In this document: positions 24,721 through 37,700 of the stretch, piece by piece
Layout: each line of letters starts with the position of its first letter
How positions within the stretch are numbered: position 1 is the first letter of the stretch
The notes under the pieces: generated by a model
The model's input: only the letters and a program-made list of their open reading frames with translations
The model's database searches: none
Told to the model about the DNA's origin: nothing
Made by a program: the position numbers and the translations under genes
NCBI RefSeq assembly: GCF_018350175.1
Contig: NC_058368.1
Location: 113,152,001-113,216,000 of the forward strand
DNA length: 64,000 nucleotides
Direction of reading: 5' to 3'
From: Felis catus
Taxonomy: Eukaryota

Positions 24721-25759
24721 ACACAGTTGGGACACCTGCTCTGGTGGGGTTTTCAGTCTCGGAGGTGCTACATTGAGACCCCATCGATTCTAACTGGAGA
24801 CTTTAGTCGTTTCCGGGAATCTCGGTGCTGGGGAAATAGACTGTGCTCTGAAGCAGATGTAGTCGCTTGGCTACTTCTAAAAAGTTATGACCTAGAAATC
24901 TTGCTGAATCCGTTTTTACCATTAATAACAACTATTTAGTGCTGGCATTTTTAGGCAGACACCTTGTTTAAGTTCTTTGCAAGTGAAACAAAGACTCACT
25001 TAAATCCCTCACGTAGGTTAAACGTTTCCCGTTCTCTCTCGTCTGTTTTCCTTATTCATCAAGAAACCTGGCAAACCTTTTTAACTACCGATATTGCAGA
25101 GGCAAAGTTCAGTCAGGCTTGTGTTACGTTGTCGCAATACCCCCAGATTAATAAGATCTGACTACCCAACGCCGTTTGCCGGCTGGACCTGAGTGCCCTT
25201 AATTGCCCTGCCCACGGGAACGGGAAAGTGGGGTAGGCAGTTTCACTGCTCTTGGTTATGGCCTCTCAGTGATAAAATGCTTCCAGACCTAGAATGTTCC
25301 AAACAGCCTGTTCCCTGGGAAATGCTGTGTAGAAGCTGATGGGTAGCTTGCTCAGTCGAGCCCAGCCAAGAGAATTGAGATATTAAAGTTGGAGATGCTG
25401 GTATGCTGGGGAAGCAGTTCTAACCCTGGGTCTGGCTCAGAGCTGTCACCGTCCCTGCCCTGCCCTGGGTCACAGAAAGAAATTGCTCACCTCCCTTGAC
25501 ACCACTGTTCGGGAGCCTGCTGCCTGGCCTCTGCCCTCAGGCTCAGCCTTTCTCCAGGGCTTCTGCAGTAGGATAGACCTAGACGCAAAAATCAGCTCTT
25601 GGCCTTACACTTAGACTAGCGCAACTTCCTGAGCATCTCTGAGCCTGGAAAATGGGAGCACAGGCTCCTTGGAGATGCAGACAGGATGCAGCGGGTAAGA
25701 TGCCTAATGGGCAGCAGCAGTCAGGGCTTACTGCTCTCACGTATGCATCTTAGATGGCA

Positions 25760-26290
25760 AGCGATTTTCTGTTTCCAACCCTTTTGATCGTTGTTTCCAT
25801 CTCAGATTCTGGCAAAGTGTGTTCATTGTGACAAGTCAAACAATACAGCATTGTGCAAAGAAAACCATAATTCTTTCCCTCCCCCGCTTCCAGCACCTCA
25901 TCCACCCTTCCAGAAGTATCCATCGCTAAGGTTTGTGGGTAATCTCCCATGTTTCTCCCTGCTCGCACTGACACATGCATAAATGTCAGGGACTTTATTC
26001 CCCTCTAAGTACGTATGCGTATTGTTCTTGGTGTTGTTTTACAAAAAATAGGATCAAGTGTACTCTTACTGCTTTCACAGATGTCTCTCTAGGTCAATAT
26101 TACAAATCAACTTATTCTTTTGAAGAGCCATGTTATCCTAAACAGCCTGTTAATAATATAATCAGCTCATAATATAACGCCACTGTAATCGTCTCAACCA
26201 GCTTCCTACTGATGGAGAGTCAGTCTATTTATAGTTTTGTTTCTCCAGCATAAATATTGTCATTAGCACTATTGTTCTGTAATAGGCATA
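25760..26290 (-). mobile_element. Old L1 (L1ME-like) 3' fragment
   Basis: TTTTACAAAAAATAGGATCA...AACCAGCTTCCTACTGATGGA typical reverse L1M 3' text. Confidence 0.55.
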
Positions 26291-27207
26291 AAACTGGACC
26301 ACGGTTTGGATGGGAAAACCAGACTCCATAAGTCTCATTCTGCGTTATTTTTTTCTTCTGCCCTCACTTCTCCTCTCTTCTTTCTCCCCCCCCCCCACCT
26401 CTTCTTGCCCTCACAAACCACAGCTGGGCCTCAGTCCTGATAAACCTGGAAACAAGGGGACAGGGAAGGTTTGTTTCCAATCCTGCATTTTATTGGATCT
26501 GGCCTTGAGGGAGCCTGTCGTCATTTCATGAAGTGACTTTGCAGTCCCTAAGGAAATCCCTAAGCAAAGGTCTTAGGTCAGTAAATTAGCAGGCTGTGTT
26601 CTCCCTGCTTGGTGGGCACCCTAATAGGGTCATTTTGTTCCCTTAGTGTCCTCAGGAAAATCAGAAATATGAGATTCCCTTAAGCAGAGGAAAGCTCTTA
26701 CTGCATTCCGGGGTATCCATAGTGGAAATTTCCAACAAATTCCATTACCAGTGGCATTTTGCGATTTGCAGGCTTAGGTGCGTCAACTGCTTCTAAGAGT
26801 TTAGCTCCTTCCTTCTTCCCATACCCTCTGCCTCTGGCACATACAGACGCTGAGCTGATTTTAAAGCCAGAGACCCAAAGTCTTAGCCCATCCTGCTGTA
26901 ATGGGGGTGCCTACAGGTGACCAACACTGGACACATAATGACAGCAGACCAAGGCTGGCAGAGAGGGAGGGACTGGTCCCTGGGGGGAGGGGGGGGCAAA
27001 TCCCAGCTTCTAGGGCAGGAGAGGGCTGGCTCAGACAAGCCCTCATGCTTCTGCTTGGCAAGGAGAAAATTAAACTTGCATAATGCACTGTATTCAACCT
27101 GTAGCATCGTGGTCACTTGTAAAAAAGTCTTGCCCAGGTATTGAGTCAGATTTACATTGTGCCATTATTTAGGTACTATTCTCAAGTCAGAGCGGTCTCT
27201 CCAGGTG

Positions 27208-27208
<1 letters not shown>

Positions 27209-27251
<43 letters not shown>
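27209..27251. repeat. (CA)n microsatellite
   Basis: Read directly. Confidence 0.97.
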
Positions 27252-27253
<2 letters not shown>

Positions 27254-28651
27254 ATTGATTCCAAGTTTCTTGAGGTCTCACACCAAATAGAGCAGAAAGG
27301 TGGAAGAGGGAAGAGTCTAGTTATGGGGACTCCTTGCCCTACTCTTTCAGAACTGGAGACATGGAAGTTTCCAAGAGCCTTTGTTATGCTATCTTGGCCT
27401 TTGCCTTGCTGTGCATCCTTGGTGCCCGGTGGCACACTGGCCCACGTCCTGGCATGCTGGCACACCCACTCGAAGGCCCACACGAATCTACGGTGCCAGC
27501 TCCAGCTTGCAGGAGGTTGGGGACCAAGCCCTGCCATGCTTCTTTCTCATCGTGCCGCCTGCCATCTCTGTTGCAGGTGATGCAGGTGATTCTCAACTGG
27601 TAGGAAATACCAGTTGAGAAGCAGGTGCGAGACCCTATGTTCACAGTCACCCCTAGAGTCATTAAGAACATTCTGGGAAGATCACCCAGAGAGGGAAAAA
27701 ACATTCTGCAGATGTAGATTCTCCCACCTTCTGGACTTTCCCCAAAGCTCCTCTTCTCTCTTTCCCCGTCCTTTTTTATCATCTCTCTTGGTGGCGAAAA
27801 CCACTAACGTAGTTGTGCTTCATTTTCTGCTTGGTGCAGAGTGAGAGTCTATTCCCAGAAGGCGTATCTCTTTGCATTTAGAAGATGAAGTATTTAATCT
27901 CTGGTTATCAGCTGTGAGCTTGCTTTTCCATAACTGGGCACCGGAGGGAGGAACGGACTAGTGGATAAACAGACAGAGCAGGGAAGGCATCTTTTGGTGA
28001 CATTTCACATCGCCTTGTCCCAGAATCCCATAATTAACTGTGTGACCAGCCACTTTATTTTCAGTTTGCCATCTGCGGGGAGGTGGTGTGTTAGTGGTGG
28101 CAGAGACCATGCCGTTCATGGTTGTATCCTCGACAATCTGCCCCAGACCTGCCATGTCACAGGTGCTCAGGCAGTATTTGCTGAATGAGAAATCAGCCCA
28201 CTGCCCAAGGTCAGAACCTGCCTGTCCACAAAGGTAAGTTCTGACAACCGTAGGAGGGCTCACTGGTACACCTTCATGTTTTTGTCATGGGCTACAGCCG
28301 CCAAGATGAGCAATTGGGAGAAAGGAATGGATTTGGGGAAGGAGGTATGACCTCGCAAAGAGGCTCCTAACTAGGAGTCTCCTGGTCTGAGATGCCAACG
28401 GCTTCTGTCTGAGTATTGAGGACAAGATTCTATGCCTTGACTGGGGGTGAATTTGAAAAGGAAGGGGAGAAGGGAATCAGCCCCACCCACTTCCGTCTTT
28501 CACTCGGGAGGGTTTGGTCTGTATGCCTGGGTGCAGGGAACTGAAATCCTCAAGTGTTAGGCTTCCTCTTCCTTCTTACAGCAGCATGTGTCATTCTCAA
28601 TTTCATGCAGGAGGGGGCATAATATAGTGTTTAAAAGAGTTTGGAATCCAT

Positions 28652-28851
28652 GGGGCACCTGGGTGACTTGGTTAAGTGTCGGACTTCAGCTCAGGTCATG
28701 ATCTCACTGCTCTTGAGTTTGAGCCCGCATCAGGCTCTGTGCTGACAGCTCGGAGCCTGGAGCCTGCTTCAGATTCTGTGTCTCCCTCTCTCTGCCCCTC
28801 CCCTGCTTGCTCTCTCTTTCTCCCTCTCTCAAAAACAAACGTTAAAAAAAA
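28652..28851 (+). mobile_element. CanSINE inserted in a MIR
   Basis: TSD AAAAGAGTTTGGAATCCA at 28633-28650 and 28852-28869; MIR text (TTAGCTGTATGACCTG, CAGTTTCCTTATC) continues after it. Confidence 0.95.
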
Positions 28852-29084
28852 AAAAGAGTTTGGAATCCAAATTCTGCTATGTGTTAGCTGTATGACCTGT
28901 TACTAAACTCTCTAAGTGACAGTTTCCTTATCGGCAAAATAAAGGATGTGTCTATAATAAGCATTTTAAGCATATAAATGTTAGCATATATGATACAATA
29001 GGCAGAGAAAATACCCCTCACACAATGACCTCCATTGGTCAGTTAGTTTCATAAACATTATGCCAGCCCAATTTCATTTATTTG

Positions 29085-30110
29085 TTTATAAACTCATTCA
29101 TTTGACAAATCTTTCTTGAGCCACTGCCATAGTTGCTAAGACCATGGACTTTGGAGTTCCACTGTTTGGGTTTAAATTCTTGCTCAGATATTTATTGATT
29201 GCCTAGGTTGCCTTGGGCAAGTTGCTCAACCTCTCTATTCCCCCAACTCCCATTTGCAAAGTGAGCGTATCAGTAGCATTTATTTCATGGGTTATTGTGA
29301 GCATTCATTAAATTAGTACATTAAGAAAGTAGAAAGTACCCAGTAAATGTGAGCCCGATGTAAACAATGTGAACTGCTGTTACAGTTTTGAGCCAGACCC
29401 TGTGCTCAACGGTAGGATATGGTGGTAAGTAAAAATGGATGCAGCCTCTCAACTAACAAAGATCACAATCCAGCAGGAAAGAGGGCTTGCAAAAGATTAT
29501 ATAAATATTCTTATAATGGTAAGTAAGCCCTAAGAAGGCAGCATAAAAAGGTTAGTGCGCCGATGTGGCAGAGACTTGATCTGGAATGGATGGAGAAAGG
29601 GCCTTTGGAAAACCTCCCAGTGAAGTGACGGGCTGAGGCCTGAGGACTGGGGAGGTTCGGCCAGGCAAGTCAGAATTCCAGGTAGCGAGAAGAGCACGTT
29701 CCGAGGCCCTGGCATAGACAGGAGCAGGGCACGTTAGAAAAGCAGAGGTCGGGGCCTTCTGGGTGGCTCAGTCTGTTAAGCAAGTGACTTGATTTCAGCT
29801 CAGGTCATGATCTCACAGTTCCTGGGCTCGAGGCCTGCTCAACTGGCAAGTGCTGAGCTTGCCTGGGATTCTCTCTCCCTCTCTCTCTGTCCCTCCCCCA
29901 TTCATTCTCTCTCTCTCTCTCTCTTTCTCAAAGTAAATAGAATAAACATTAAAAAAAGAAAAGCAGAGGACGCTGGCATTGTGACGAGGAGACAGAGGGT
30001 GGCCAGGCTGGAGGCGTGTGCAGCCTTTGGAGACAAGGTTCAGGATTGTAGGCTTGATCCAAAGAGCATCGGAACCCAAGGGGTTTTAAGTGGGGTGTGA
30101 TGTGACAACT
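29085..30110 (-). mobile_element. L2 3' fragment containing a MIR (about 29130-29350) and a SINE
   Basis: CTCATTCATTTGACAAATCTTTCTTGAG start and purine-rich L2 text through GGTTTTAAGTGGGGTGTGATGTGAC. Confidence 0.65.
29751..29956 (+). mobile_element. CanSINE
   Basis: TSD AGAAAAGCAGAGG at 29736-29748 and 29957-29969. Confidence 0.93.
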
Positions 30111-31944
30111 CTCTCTCTGCCATGTTCTGTCTGTGGAGCCACAGGTGTGATTAGGCCAGGGTCCCCTGGCCACTGAGTCCTCTTAATACTCTCCTTCAGC
30201 ACAAGTCTATTAATTAGCTCATCAATCTCAGGTGTCGCAGAGCTAGGAACAAATGCGGGAAAACTCTTAGGGGCTCAAATTCCTCAACCATTCCTGTCTG
30301 GGATTCTCCATAGGAGGACACTCCTCTGGAATAAAATGATGGCATACTTTTTCTCCTCTGGTTACATCCCCAGTGCCTAACACGGTGTAAGGTGAGATAT
30401 GAATCGACGAACCTATAAATGGTGGACGTTCAAACCTGTCACTATGCTGACATCACCAGGAACTCATCACACGGCAGCCAGCCGGCTTTTCACTGGTTTT
30501 TATGGCCCGGGCAGAGCACCTGCCCCTTGGGCTCCTTCCCCAAAGCCCTGGCACAGCATGAGTCAAAGTTATTTCTGATGTCAGGCGACTGTGAGGTTCA
30601 CAGAGACAGAATGCTATGACACGGCTTAGTTTTATTTCTATATTTTGCTTTTAGCATCCACTTGTTCCCTCCTCTTGTACCTCTTTGAAAAGCTCCCGAT
30701 TTCACGGAGAAGGACTGAAGCTATTTGCATTACAATACATTGTGTTCCCAGCCAAGGTGTCTGCGCAGTGAAACCTTCCCTTGATCAAACACCGCAGCTA
30801 CTGTGGAGCCAGCTTTTGGAACAGCACAACACTTTGTGCTCTGCCTGAGGAGTGTATTTCAAGAAGAAAACATCGCGTTCTCTGCGTAATAAATCATACC
30901 TGTCAGGTAGGCTGCCCATCTCTGGGAGCATTAAGCAGGAGGCCAAACTCTGCTATCTTGCCTGGACCGAGGCTGATTTCTCAAGCACCGATTAAGCGAC
31001 GAATGCACCGTCTATACAGGCAAATACAGGTCATCTTCCCCTTTCATGGCTGAATTGCTATCATGCAGCCAGAACTCTTACATGTCAGATCCCTAACAGG
31101 GTTTTGTTTTACATTCTGAACACAACAGGCTCATGGAACCTTCTGCCACCCACGTAGGCTCCCACTCGTCAGCCCCTCCTGCACAAAACGCGGCCCTCCC
31201 CTCCTTCCACAATCCAGGGATTTGAACCAAATGAAATAACGGTACAATTCAATTCAGATTCAGTTTAGGGAATATTTTGATTTTCTGGCTGAATAATTCT
31301 AGAAAAGATACAGGTTTAGTCCCAGGTCCAACTGGCTTATTGGATTTATGTATTTAAAAACAACTCTGATTTGCTTCATAGCTCACTTTAAAATAACCTG
31401 GGCTCAATCTGATTCTGGCAAGGAGAGCGACCGACCTATCCCCACTTCCTGCTCGGTGCTCACTTCAAGACTGCGCTGCACCTTCACACATGAAGCTAAA
31501 TGAAGCTCAGTTCTGAAGAATAAATGTTTCAGGGTCCTTGTCTGATGGTGCTTGAGACCCAAGCTGAGTTGAAAAGGCCCAAGAATCCCATTTTCAGCGA
31601 AGAGTTGTCCTACATATGGTTTTAACAAAAATGTGTTTACTTTTCTACAATGACCATAAGACCAGCCTTCCATAGCACAAGACAAGCTTCCTGGGTACAA
31701 GCTACCCGAGAAAATCAGCAGATGATCTACATTCTTCCAGGAAATAAAGGATTGACTGTGGCCCAGTCCAGATCATAATGGGCTAAATGCTTCTCTCTGA
31801 TCTCTTTGTGTGTGTCTCACCTTTTCTTGATCCCGCGTAGTCCTGACGTTCATTATTCCTTGTGCTGTTCCCAGAACTAAGCCCTGGGCCTAATAGATAA
31901 TAGGTGTTTGCTGTGAATTGACTTGAATCCCAGTCTTATCTTGT

Positions 31945-32140
31945 AGAAGTTAGGCTTACATTTGGCTGCAAGGAACAGAAATTCCTTAAATGGTGACTTA
32001 ACAAGATTGAGGTTGGTTTCTCTGTACTGTACAAGAAATTCACAGGTGGATGATCCAGGGCTGACCTCACATCTCTCCATGATGATCAGGAGCCCCATTT
32101 TCTCTCTGCCCTCTGTACTGGGTAGCCCTCCTCTTGCAGC
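31945..32140. mobile_element. MLT1-family MaLR LTR fragment
   Basis: TTTGGCTGCAAGGAACAGAAA...GACTTAACAAGATTGAGGTT...TCCAGGGCTG, typical of MLT1J/K/L. Confidence 0.55.
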
Positions 32141-32674
32141 AACACACATCCACACATCCATACACACACACACACACACACACACACAGACTTCAACAGA
32201 TTATTATGAAACAAACAAACATACAACCAATATCCAGGTCAAGAAATAGAATATTATCAGCACCTCAAGAGTTCTCCTTCAGGTTCCCGCCTAGTTTCAC
32301 TACCATCCCTTACCCCCTAAAAATTACCATCCTGACATTACTTTCCTTATAGTTTTATGAATTAAGTTTATTCTGATACACTACATTTCAGTGCTGTCTG
32401 TTCTAAAGTTTTTGATTAGTGGATTTGTACACTGTGTATCATTGTACATCTGATTTCATTTCTCAGCGTTATGTTTTTGAGATTACCCCATACTGTCCTG
32501 TGAAGAAGTTCTTTTCATTGTTTTATGGCATTTTGGTGAGTAAACAGTGGTATCACATGGTGCTACTAATTACCATTTTCCTGATTACTAATGTAGTTAA
32601 ACACCCTTTCATATGGATTTTAGCCACTTGGATAACTTCTTTTGCAAATTACCTGCCCAAATCTTTCATTTTTA

Positions 32675-32902
32675 TTTTTTTATTTTTATTTTTTCAACGT
32701 TTATTTATTTTTGGGGGGGGACAGAGAGAGACAGAGCATGAACGGGGGAGGGGCAGAGAGAGAGGGAGACACAGAATCGGAAACAGGCTCCAGGCTCTGA
32801 GCCATCAGTCCAGAGCCTGGCGAGGGGCTCGAACTCACGGACCGCGAGATCGTGACCTGGCTGAAGTCGGACGCTTAACCGACTGTGCCACCCAGGCGCC
32901 CC
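32675..32902 (-). mobile_element. Young feline CanSINE
   Basis: TSD CAAATCTTTCATTTTTA at 32658-32674 and 32903-32919. Confidence 0.97.
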
Positions 32903-33981
32903 CAAATCTTTCATTTTTAAATTGCATTGTCTGTCTTATTTATTTGCAAGAACTCTTTGTGTATTCTGGGCAGAGTTCCTCACTTCCTGTATTACAAATA
33001 CCTTCTAGCAGTCCATGGCTTGCCATTTCATTCCCATCTTCTGACGGTGAAAGTTCTTACTTTTAATTTAGTCACAATTATGAATCTTTTCATTATGGTT
33101 AGTGCTTGTGGTGTCTGGTTAAGAGATCTTTCTGGACCTTGAGGTTATCAAGAAATTCTCCTATGTTGTTTTCTGGAAACCTTATTATGTTGCCTTTCTT
33201 ATTTAGACCTACAATCTTCCTGGGATTGATTTTTATGTATGCTTAATATAAGCCCAAGTGTTCCCCTCATTGGATATCCAGTAGTTGGAGTACCTGTTGC
33301 CAACTCGCCCATCATTTCCCCAGTGCTCTGCTGTGCTCGCTTTTACATCAGTCAAGCGTCCATATATGTCTGGTTTGTTTCTGAGCTCTCCATTCTGTTC
33401 CGCTAATTTGCATCTCCTTGATTCAGTATCACATTAAAAAAAACTGCACCTTTACAGTCCATTTTGATATCAAGCAGAGCCTGTCCTTTGACTTTTGTTC
33501 TTCAAGAGCATCTTGGCTTTTCTTGACCCCTTGTATTTCTATATAAATTTCAGAATGAGTTCGTTAAGTTACACAAACGAGAATTCTATTAAATTTATAG
33601 ATCACATCTGTATAATACCGGTTTTCTCATCCACGAACGTGGCACATTCCTCCTTTTACTTAGGTCTTCTTTAATTTCTCTTCTTAATGTTTTATAATTT
33701 ATTGTATTGTGAAGTTCTTACACCTCAGTTAGTTGTAGATATTTGATAATTTTAACATGACTGTAATTGTGTCTTTTAAAATTCCACTTTCCACCCGGTA
33801 TATAGAAATGTAATTAATGTTTATATTCTGATCTTGTAACCAACAATCTTTCTAAACTCTATTCTAATTTTCATTTCTCTGTGGATTATTTTGGCTCTTT
33901 TACATATATAATTATTATCTATAAATTTCCTTAGATAATATGGGTCTGTTCAAATTTTTTATTTCTTCTTGAGTCTGTTTT

Positions 33982-34208
33982 TTTTTTTTTTTTAATTTTT
34001 GTTTTCAACGTTTATTTATTTTTGGGACAGAGAGAGACAGAGCATGAACGGGGGAGGGGCAGAGAGAGAAGGAGACACAGAATCGGAAACAGGCTCCAGG
34101 CCCTGGGCCATCAGCCCAGAGCCCGACGCGGGGCTCGAACTCCCGGACCGCGAGATTGTGACCTGGCTGAAGTCGGACGCTTAACTGACTGCGCCACCCA
34201 GGCACCCC
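33982..34208 (-). mobile_element. Young feline CanSINE
   Basis: TSD TTCTTGAGTCTGTTTT at 33966-33981 and 34209-34224. Confidence 0.97.
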
Positions 34209-34544
34209 TTCTTGAGTCTGTTTTATTAAGCTCTTGTCTTTATCTCATTCTGCTTGCTTTGTGTTTAATTTGTTCTTCTTTTTCTAATTTCTTAAGCTCT
34301 AAGTTTAGATCATCAGTTTGAGTCTTTATTACTAAGAAAGCCTTTTAAACTTAAAAACATCCCTATAAGCATTGCTTTACTGTGTCCTCAGATTTTTGAT
34401 ACATTTGTATTTTTATTATTCAGTTTAAATATATTTTGATTTCTCATGTCATTTCTTTTCTGAACCAAGGATTATTTATAATTGTGTTATTTAATTTCTA
34501 AATACTAGAGATTTTCTTGGTTATTTTATCATCACTGGTTACTT

Positions 34545-34752
34545 TATTTATTTTTGTTTATTTGCTTATTTTGAGAGAGTGTGTGTGCATAAATGGGACA
34601 GGGGCGGAGAGAAGGAGAGACAGAATCCCAAGCAAGCTCTAAGCCATCAGCGCGCAGCCTGATGCGAGGCTTGAACCTACAAACTGTGAGATCATAATCT
34701 GAGCTGAGATCAAGAATCGGATGCTTAACCGATTGCGGCATCCAGGCGCCCC
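34545..34752 (-). mobile_element. Older CanSINE
   Basis: Flanking repeat ACTGGTTACTT at 34534-34544 and 34756-34766. Confidence 0.93.
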
Positions 34753-37700
34753 GTTACTGGTTACTTAAAAACATTTTCTGCAACTTGATTCTCCTTTCTC
34801 CTATGTCATTTCAAATACCTGTATGTTTACTATTAGATATCATCTAACACATCCATAAGGCTCTGATCAATTCCATTTCAGTCTTCATTCCCTTTCCTCT
34901 TCATCTTGTACAGCTTCTATTAACCCATTCTTTCCTCTGCATGCCCATTTGTCTATTAATTAAGTCTATCCCATGACTTTTTGGTTTAGTTTTAGAAATT
35001 GCATATCTTCGTTCCAGATTTTCCGCTTCTTTATTTTTTATTATTTCTGTTTTTCAGCTGAGCTGTTCTTTTCTGGAAACATGTTTTGTTTCACTTCATT
35101 TCGAGAATAGTAAAGACAGTGCTTTCAAGTCCTTTTATGCTGGTTTCAACATTTAGTTCATCGCAGGCTTGGACTCAGTTGGCTGTCTTCTCTTCAGAAT
35201 ACGCTCCATTTTCTTGGTTCTCTGAAAATCAGGTAATTTCAGATTATATCCTGAACGTTATGCATGTTAAGTTCGGAGAATTTTGGAATTTGTTATTTTT
35301 ACCCAATTTTTGTTGCTTGGTTTGTTTTCCAGGTAATTTCCTCGGCTGGGCTCAAGTTGTGAATTTTATTTCTTGAGGAGCAGCCTCAAGATCTGGTCTT
35401 AATACGGATCTTTTGTCTTTAGCTTAGTTTCTCTCAATCTGGCTCACGCCTGAGTCATTCAGAGGTTTTAGAGACATATGGCTGAGCAGAGTTTGGGGAT
35501 GCTCCGTCTGACTCTTTCCCTTTTGTGAGTCCTTCACTCTCTTCAGTACCCATGATTGCTCAGCTTTACTTTTCTGGTTCCCCAGGCCAGAAAGAGCACA
35601 AGGTGTTTTTAAGGCAGCCTTGCCTGCCTCTGTGCGTGCAGCTTAGCCCCACGCAAAAAGCCTTGGAAGTCAAAGTTTATTGGTATCGCTCTCTGGCTTC
35701 CTCCTCCAAGCGAGCATGCATCCCCAGCTGTCTCTCTGTTTCTACCCATTTTTGCACGATCAGGCAGTTGGGTTTCCTACTATGTCAAGGATTAGTGTTT
35801 GTTTTCTGCAAGGGAAGGGAGCTGTCTTAGTCTCTCATACCCCAAAGTGGAAATTCTCTCTCAGAATTCCATTAAGTTAGTGAGGAGAGGAGAAATCCAA
35901 TGGCAGTGAGTCAGCCTCCAACCTGGCCTGTTGATCCACTCGATATAAATATTTCAGCAGTAAATGTCCTTGCTTCTGACCTCAGAATATGGGCAGCCGA
36001 ATCAGACTGCTTCTCCTCCTATCCAAAATACTCAGATACATGGGCCTCTGCGCAGGCTTTCTCAAAGTGGACCCAAGGCATTCATCCACACTAGCGTATC
36101 TGGATAGTTCTTGGGTTTCAGGCATATTCAGTAGGACCTGAATTAAGTCCACAAATTAGAACCTACGTTCTGTGAAGAGGACCCATCCCTGACCGTTGTC
36201 ACCAGTGTTCCCCAGGAAGGAACACATGGTCTTGTGGAAATCTCAGATGGAAGACTTAATCAGGAGAGGCTGGAAGTGGAGGAAGACAGGAAGGGCTTAC
36301 CATGAAATTCACATTGGGAAGTAGAAATATAAAAGGCACTAGGGTTTATTAAGTATTGATGTACTGAGCCATCTGGGAAGTAAAGTGGGGAGCGAATTAT
36401 GGGCAGGCAAAGGGCTACTCAGCCAGTCTATCTGGGGCGTGCACTCCACAGGGAGAGGATAACTAGATATCGAGTGCCCACCAGGCTCTATAGCTGCCAT
36501 GGCCCCCTCATGGCCCCTGTTGGACAGAGAAGAAATTGAGTCTCAGACTGTTATTATCACTTGCCCAACAGTTCACAGCCAGGGAGTGGCAGAGTCCTGG
36601 TATGAGTCCTGATCTGCTGGGACCGAGAACAGGTAGGAATCAGGCCAGGAGAGAGAGCTTGGAGCCATTCTCTGGCTCAGAGAGGTTTTCAGTCTTCACT
36701 CTAGTGTAAATAAGACAGACAGTGGATCTTAGAAAGCAAATTGAAAGGCAAATGAGCAAGACTGCCGTTGTTAAAAATTAACCATGCATCTCAATTTACT
36801 TAAGAAAAGATGGAAAAAGTCATTTGCCCATGGTAGTATCTTGATCATTATTCATAACAAATTACTTGGGCCACTGCCTAACTTAGCCCCACACTTCAAG
36901 GTCAAAGTACTCAAGGAATGTTAACCTGAGGAAAGGGAAATGGCCCATATTTGGATGCAGGGAATCAGCAGGAAAGAAACTGAATCAGACGCAGAGAGAG
37001 GCAGCCAACCGGAAGCCTGGTTTCTCCCAGCTGCTCCGAGCCCCTCTCCACCCCCTGGTCTCACTCCTGCCTGCAATCAATCTGGCCTCTTAGAGCTATT
37101 GACCGGTCTGCCCGAAAGTCATTGCCTGGATTCCATCTCCTCTAAAATCCATTTTCCCCGCCTCACAGAGAGCCGATTGGATTTCTCAATTATCAAATTG
37201 TACAGTCGTGAGCTTATATACTTCTAAGAGGTAATATGGTGTAAGTTCCTTTTCTGTGGAAATGTCAGATTGGCTCCTCTGGGGAGTGAATGGAATATTT
37301 AAAATACTCTTCCAGTCTCCATGGCCTGTTAAGAGGGATGCAAAGGTGAAATGTGACTTTGCTAAGGCTGGAATAACAACGCGTGTTCTCTGAGAAGCTC
37401 TGAGGCAGTTGGCGTCACTGACAGCATCCCTGCCTGGTCTTTTATCTGTTTGTCTTTCTACTTTTCTACAAGGATTAAAAAGTACACAAATGGGCACATG
37501 ATATTTCTCTGCCAACACACGTCTTTGACACACATAAACTAAAATTTTGGCAATATATATTGCACCCTTAAGATAATTAAAGCGGTAATGCTTGTTTATT
37601 TTTTATAATGATAAATGCAGCTACTAATTGCTGGGAGTGTACTTTGTGCCTCGCAATACTTAGGTACTTAACAGGTACTATCTAGTTTTTAAATTAGTTT

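Larger units (their letters stand above)
32190..35870 (-). mobile_element. Old mammalian L1 (L1M) fragments carrying three SINEs
   Basis: Long T-rich tract with reverse L1 3'UTR/ORF2 motifs (CCAGGTCAAGAAATAGAATATTATCAGCACC, TTTCCTGATTACTAATG, CTTGGCTTTTCTTGACCCCTTGTATTTCTATATAAATTT). Confidence 0.75.

Noticed and set aside
24811..24819. Perfect STAT site TTCCGGGAA, also near 31735 and 52784
   Set aside because: Isolated short palindromes expected by chance in 64 kb.
28064..28239. Candidate exon ending AAG|GTAAGT and a CTCF-like CCCGCAGATGGCA on minus
   Set aside because: Overlaps an L2 3' end, has no coding signal, and the motif match is imperfect.
32419..33066. 215-aa ORF, and similar peptides at 157, 34022 and 62862
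   Set aside because: They read through antisense CanSINE and old L1; the recurring GRGRERGRHRIGNRLQAL or AEREGDTESETGSR text is SINE-derived.
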